A stretch of 64,000 bases of DNA from Squalus acanthias (lineage: Eukaryota). The stretch spans positions 66,714,001 through 66,778,000 of the forward strand of contig CM059438.1 in the NCBI GenBank assembly GCA_030390025.1. The letters run 5' to 3'. The notes below the pieces were generated by a model. It was not told where the DNA came from. It saw nothing but the letters and a program-made list of their open reading frames with translations, and did no database searches. Position 1 is the first letter of the stretch, and every line of letters begins with the position of its first letter. The translations under genes were made by a program, and so were the position numbers. Shown one piece after another: positions 60,270 through 64,000 of the stretch.

Positions 60270-62772
60270 GGGGGCGATTTTCTGACGCTGGAGGAGGCGG
60301 GTTTGGAGTCGGGAAAGGCGGGAAAATTCGAATTAGTGAGGTCGGGTCAGAAACCCGACTCCAAGCCACCTCCATGGGATTTTCCGGTGCCGGTTTTGGC
60401 GGTCGGGAATCGCTCCCGCCTCCAGCTGGCCATTGCTTTAATTAATGTCTGCAAATGCTTGTTCGGGCCTCTCTAATCCTATTTTGAGAGGCCCTCGTGA
60501 ATTTCCCATCATTTCGGCGTGTCTCACGCAGCTTCTGAACCACGCCAGGTAAACCTGGCGGGTTGACTCGTGGGTGGCCTCCTCACTGCTGCAGGTCTAA
60601 CAAGACATCGTTTGCTGCAGCAAGGATTACTTGCAGGTGCCAGACCTTGGCTTTAAAAGGTCTGTGAGCACTTTCAGAAGGCCTTCCGAAGTCGGAGGTG
60701 CTACAGCTTGACTCCATCAACTGTGGGACCTCCTGTGAAGACCCTCGCCCCGCTTACAATAAGCGCTTCCCCAGAGGAGGCATCTGGAAGCAGAATGGGA
60801 ACCATTCATTTCCTTTCACCTTGGACCTCAGATGAGGATGAGGACCATCCAGGGCAGCAGCAGAACCAGGCAGCTCAGCAGCAACAGCAGCTGCAGCCCC
60901 AACCCCTGCTCAGCCACCTGATGCTGCACAGGGCAGAAGGCACCAGCGCATCGAGACACCTCGCCGCAGGAGATGCCTCCCACAGAGGGTTTACAGACAA
61001 AGGATGAGCTACCTCAACATGAGTGAGCAGCAGTGCCAAAGGAGGTTGAGACTTTCGCGTGAGGTTGTCCGAGAGATCTGCGGCCTGCTGCAGCAAGACC
61101 TGGTGCCCAGAGGAGCGGGTGGACACCCCTTACCAGTGGCTGTCAAAGTCACCACCGCACTCAACTTCTTCACCTCAGGCTCCTTCCAGGGATCATCAGC
61201 AGACATCAGCGGCATCTCCCAGTCAGCCACCCACAGTTGCATCACCCAGGTTACCGATGCCCTTTTTGCTGAGTCCAACAATTACATCCAGTTCACAAGG
61301 GATCACGCAAGTATAACCGTCCGTTCGGTTGGATTCGCAAATATGGCAGGCATGCCAATGGTGCAGGGCGTCATAGACTGCACACATGTGGCCCTTAGGG
61401 CACCCCATTGCAACCCAGCTATCTTTGTCAACCGAAAGGGCTTCGACTCCCTCAACGTACAGCTGGTGTGTAACCACAAGAAGGAGTTCTTGCATGTTTG
61501 CGCCATGTACCCTGGCAGTTGCCATGATTCTTTCATCCTGCGGCACTCTAATGTTCCTCCGCTTTTCAATCCACCAAACCAACTTCATGGATGGCTCCTT
61601 GGTGACAAAGGCTATCCCCTGAAGAAGTGACTAATGACGCCGATCAGGAGGCCAGCTAACGAGGCTGAAGAGCGCTACAACACCAGCCACACTTCGACCA
61701 GGTCCATCATAGAGCAAACCATTGGGTTGCTGAAGATGCGCTTCCGTTGCCTTGACCCTGCAGTATGCACCATACAGGGTCTCCAGAATGGTCGTGGACT
61801 GCTGTACACTGCACAACATCGCACAGCATCGTGGCTTGCAGCTTCCTGATGAGCAAGCGGCTCAGTTCCAGCCCTCCTCAGATGAGGATGAGGAGGAGGA
61901 GGAAGCTGAGGAGGAGGAGGATCTGGGGGAGGAGGAGCAGCAGGAGGAGGAGCAGCAGGAGGAGGTCAGAGCGCCGGTGTTTCGACCAGCGGCAGTGGCA
62001 GCACGCGAGCACATGGCTGCCAGGGATGCAAGGGATGAACTTACCATGGCCAGATTTGTATAGGTTGGCCAAGTTGGCACATGTCCTTGGCTCCATGCTA
62101 GGACTTCATTGACAATGGACATGACTCTCTGGCCTCCTTTCATTCAGGCCACCAACCTGACAATGCAAGTGTGGCGTTGCCCGCAATGTGGAGCTGCCTA
62201 AGGCAAAAGTACAGATGGCATAATGCCAACATTTTGGCATCAAATCATGTTAATGCTTTCCAACAAGGATGGCATTTCATCAATGCACAGAAACAGTCTC
62301 CCAAACTACACACAGATCTGGAGCTTATATCCCTTGCCAGCTGTACCCACACAACCTTGGTTTCTTTGGCAGGCCTCTTCCTCCGAGATGAGTGGAAGAG
62401 GACCTCCATGCTAGTTCTCACCCCCTCAAACAACATTTGCAGTGCCTCATCCGAGAGCCTCGGGTAGGCCCTTGCCTTGGAATTGGATATACGGAGCTCA
62501 AAAGATGTTGGAGGTGGTGCAGGAGAAGCAGAAAAGCTGTGGAATGAGCCAAGGGAGCAAGAAGTCATAAAATCAGACTGGAAAAGTGCTGTCAACAGAG
62601 GCGAGTTTCAGTCCCAAAACACTAATTGAGCAAGGGCATCCCACACCTCTGAAATCAAGTGGGCAATCATGGGAAAATCTCAATTTTTGGAAAACTATCA
62701 GTGGAGGCGAGTTTCTGACACACCCAAGCCGAAACCCGCCTCCATCTCGCCTCCAGTGAGAAAATCGCCCCC
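60270..62772 (+). mobile_element. Harbinger transposon, internally deleted (Myb gene mostly lost)
   Basis: 14-bp TIR GGGGGCGATTTTCT; TTA TSD (60267-60269, 62773-62775); transposase plus a Myb exon 1 remnant at about 62290-62500. Confidence 0.92.
60794..62063 (+). pseudogene. Harbinger DDE transposase, disrupted
   Basis: [46 protein letters not shown]; stop at 61628 and frameshifts. Confidence 0.92.
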
Positions 62773-63516
62773 TTAGGGGTAGAAATTCATTTTGGGCCGT
62801 ATCATAAAATGGGCAGTCACTCATCGGCCACTCGTTATACGCCCCTCCCGATAGTCAGTTCCTTCGACTTCAATCGCTTTTGCATATTCTCTCTTCTTTG
62901 GCTATGTCTCTCCGTCTGCAACGTCTCAGTCTTTCTCTCTGTAAGTCTCTCATTCCCTTGGGTGGGTCTGATAGGGAATGGAGCCGATTAAGAGCATCAG
63001 TGAGTTGCATTATATGAAATGTATGTGCATCCATTCAAGGGTTGTAGCGAAAATAAATATTATATAATCTAATGCATAAAATATGAATAATTTAGCTTTG
63101 GCAGTTTAGGTGCAATTAGTGCTCTGTACATAACTATTTGTCATGTTTCTAAGAGAACTTTATAGCGCCTTTCACAACCTCAAGATGTTCCGAAAAGCTT
63201 CACAGCCAATGAAGTATGTTTGAAGTGTTGTAACTGATGTAGGCAGAGAATATTAATTTACTCAATGCTTAATTCGGAGTTGTCATACAACTGAGCCAGG
63301 GGACATGAATATATTTAAACAAATACACACACACAAATCAGTGCTGCTAACTGAGCGTCCACTGGCTCAGCAGTAAGCACATTCTCTCCACAGAGTCAGA
63401 AGGTTCAAACGCCACTTCAGGATTTCAGCACAAAATCCGCACCGACACCAGTGCAGTGCCGAGGGAGTGTTAAACCGAGGCCCTGTCTGATGGTTCAGGT
63501 GGATGTATTTGAAGAA

Positions 63517-63727
63517 TGTGAGAAGTCGCACAACACCAGGTTATAGTCCAACAGCTTTATTTGAAATCACAAGCTTTCGGAGCGCTGCTCCTTCGTCAGG
63601 TGAAGTCAGGATGAAGGAGCAGTGCTCCGAAAGCTTGTGATTTCAAATAAAGCTGTTGGACTATAGCCTGGTGTTGTGCGACTTCTCACATTTGTCTACC
63701 CCAGTCCAACACCGGCATCTCCACATC
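63517..63727. mobile_element. Palindromic Penelope-like non-autonomous element carrying a hammerhead motif
   Basis: About 85-bp inverted arms (63515-63692); 14-bp TSD ATGTATTTGAAGAA (63503-63516, 63728-63741). Confidence 0.75.
63567..63603 (-). ncRNA. Minimal type I hammerhead ribozyme
   Basis: Minus strand: TCAC-CTGACGA-A-GGAGC-AGC-GCTCC-GAAA-GC-TT-GTGA. Confidence 0.75.
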
Positions 63728-64000
63728 ATGTATTTGAAGAAGGGATGGGTGTTTTCCTGGTGTCTTTGCCAACATTCCTACTCAACCAACATCAGGGAAA
63801 ACAGATTATCTGGTCCTTTATACATTTGCTGTTTGCCTGCATAACAACAGTGATTGCACTTCAAAAAGAACCCATTAGCTGTAAAATGCTTCATGGCATC
63901 TTATATACAGGATTATATATATTTAATTATATCTTATAATTATATATGTAATTATAATGGGATTGTTCTCCTTAGAGCAGCGAAGGTTAAGGGGATTTAA

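Larger units (their letters stand above)
63345..63905 (+). mobile_element. DeuSINE-like tRNA-SINE interrupted at 63517-63727
   Basis: tggctcagcagtaagcac..gagtcagaaggtt head, ctcaaccaacatc core and cataacaacagtga..cttcaaa tail. Confidence 0.7.

Noticed and set aside
62776..62880. Additional Harbinger MITE adjacent to the 60270-62772 element
   Set aside because: The start ggggtagaaatt is TIR-like, but I found no matching right end.
1..64000. CRISPR arrays, rRNA or prokaryotic operons
   Set aside because: No repeat-spacer arrays or rRNA motifs; the sequence is eukaryotic repeat-rich DNA.

Overview
Eukaryotic, repeat-dense genomic DNA with no recognisable host exon. The repeat content (CR1, L2, RTE, DeuSINE-like tRNA-SINEs, Penelope-type hammerhead tails, Harbinger) suggests a cartilaginous fish (inference). 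The main feature is a nested pair of env-bearing, retrovirus-like LTR elements. A young, almost intact element (35070-47792, +) has 1658-bp LTRs, a GCTT target-site duplication (TSD), open gag and env, and one nonsense codon in pol. It sits in the opposite orientation inside the env of an older relative (31457-56615, -). Both share a tRNA-Arg(UCG) primer-binding site (PBS), a gag-pol UGA-CUAG readthrough signal, a degenerate plus a second RNase H, and an env made of an Ig-like N-terminal domain joined to a class-I F-like fusion protein. This architecture resembles lokiretroviruses. Other elements: a near full-length CR1 split by a two-gene Harbinger transposon, a second Harbinger, Harbinger and hAT MITEs, an apparently tRNA-headed LINE, an RTE fragment, a solo LTR and two hammerhead-ribozyme loci. 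All family assignments come from motif recognition by eye, not database searches.
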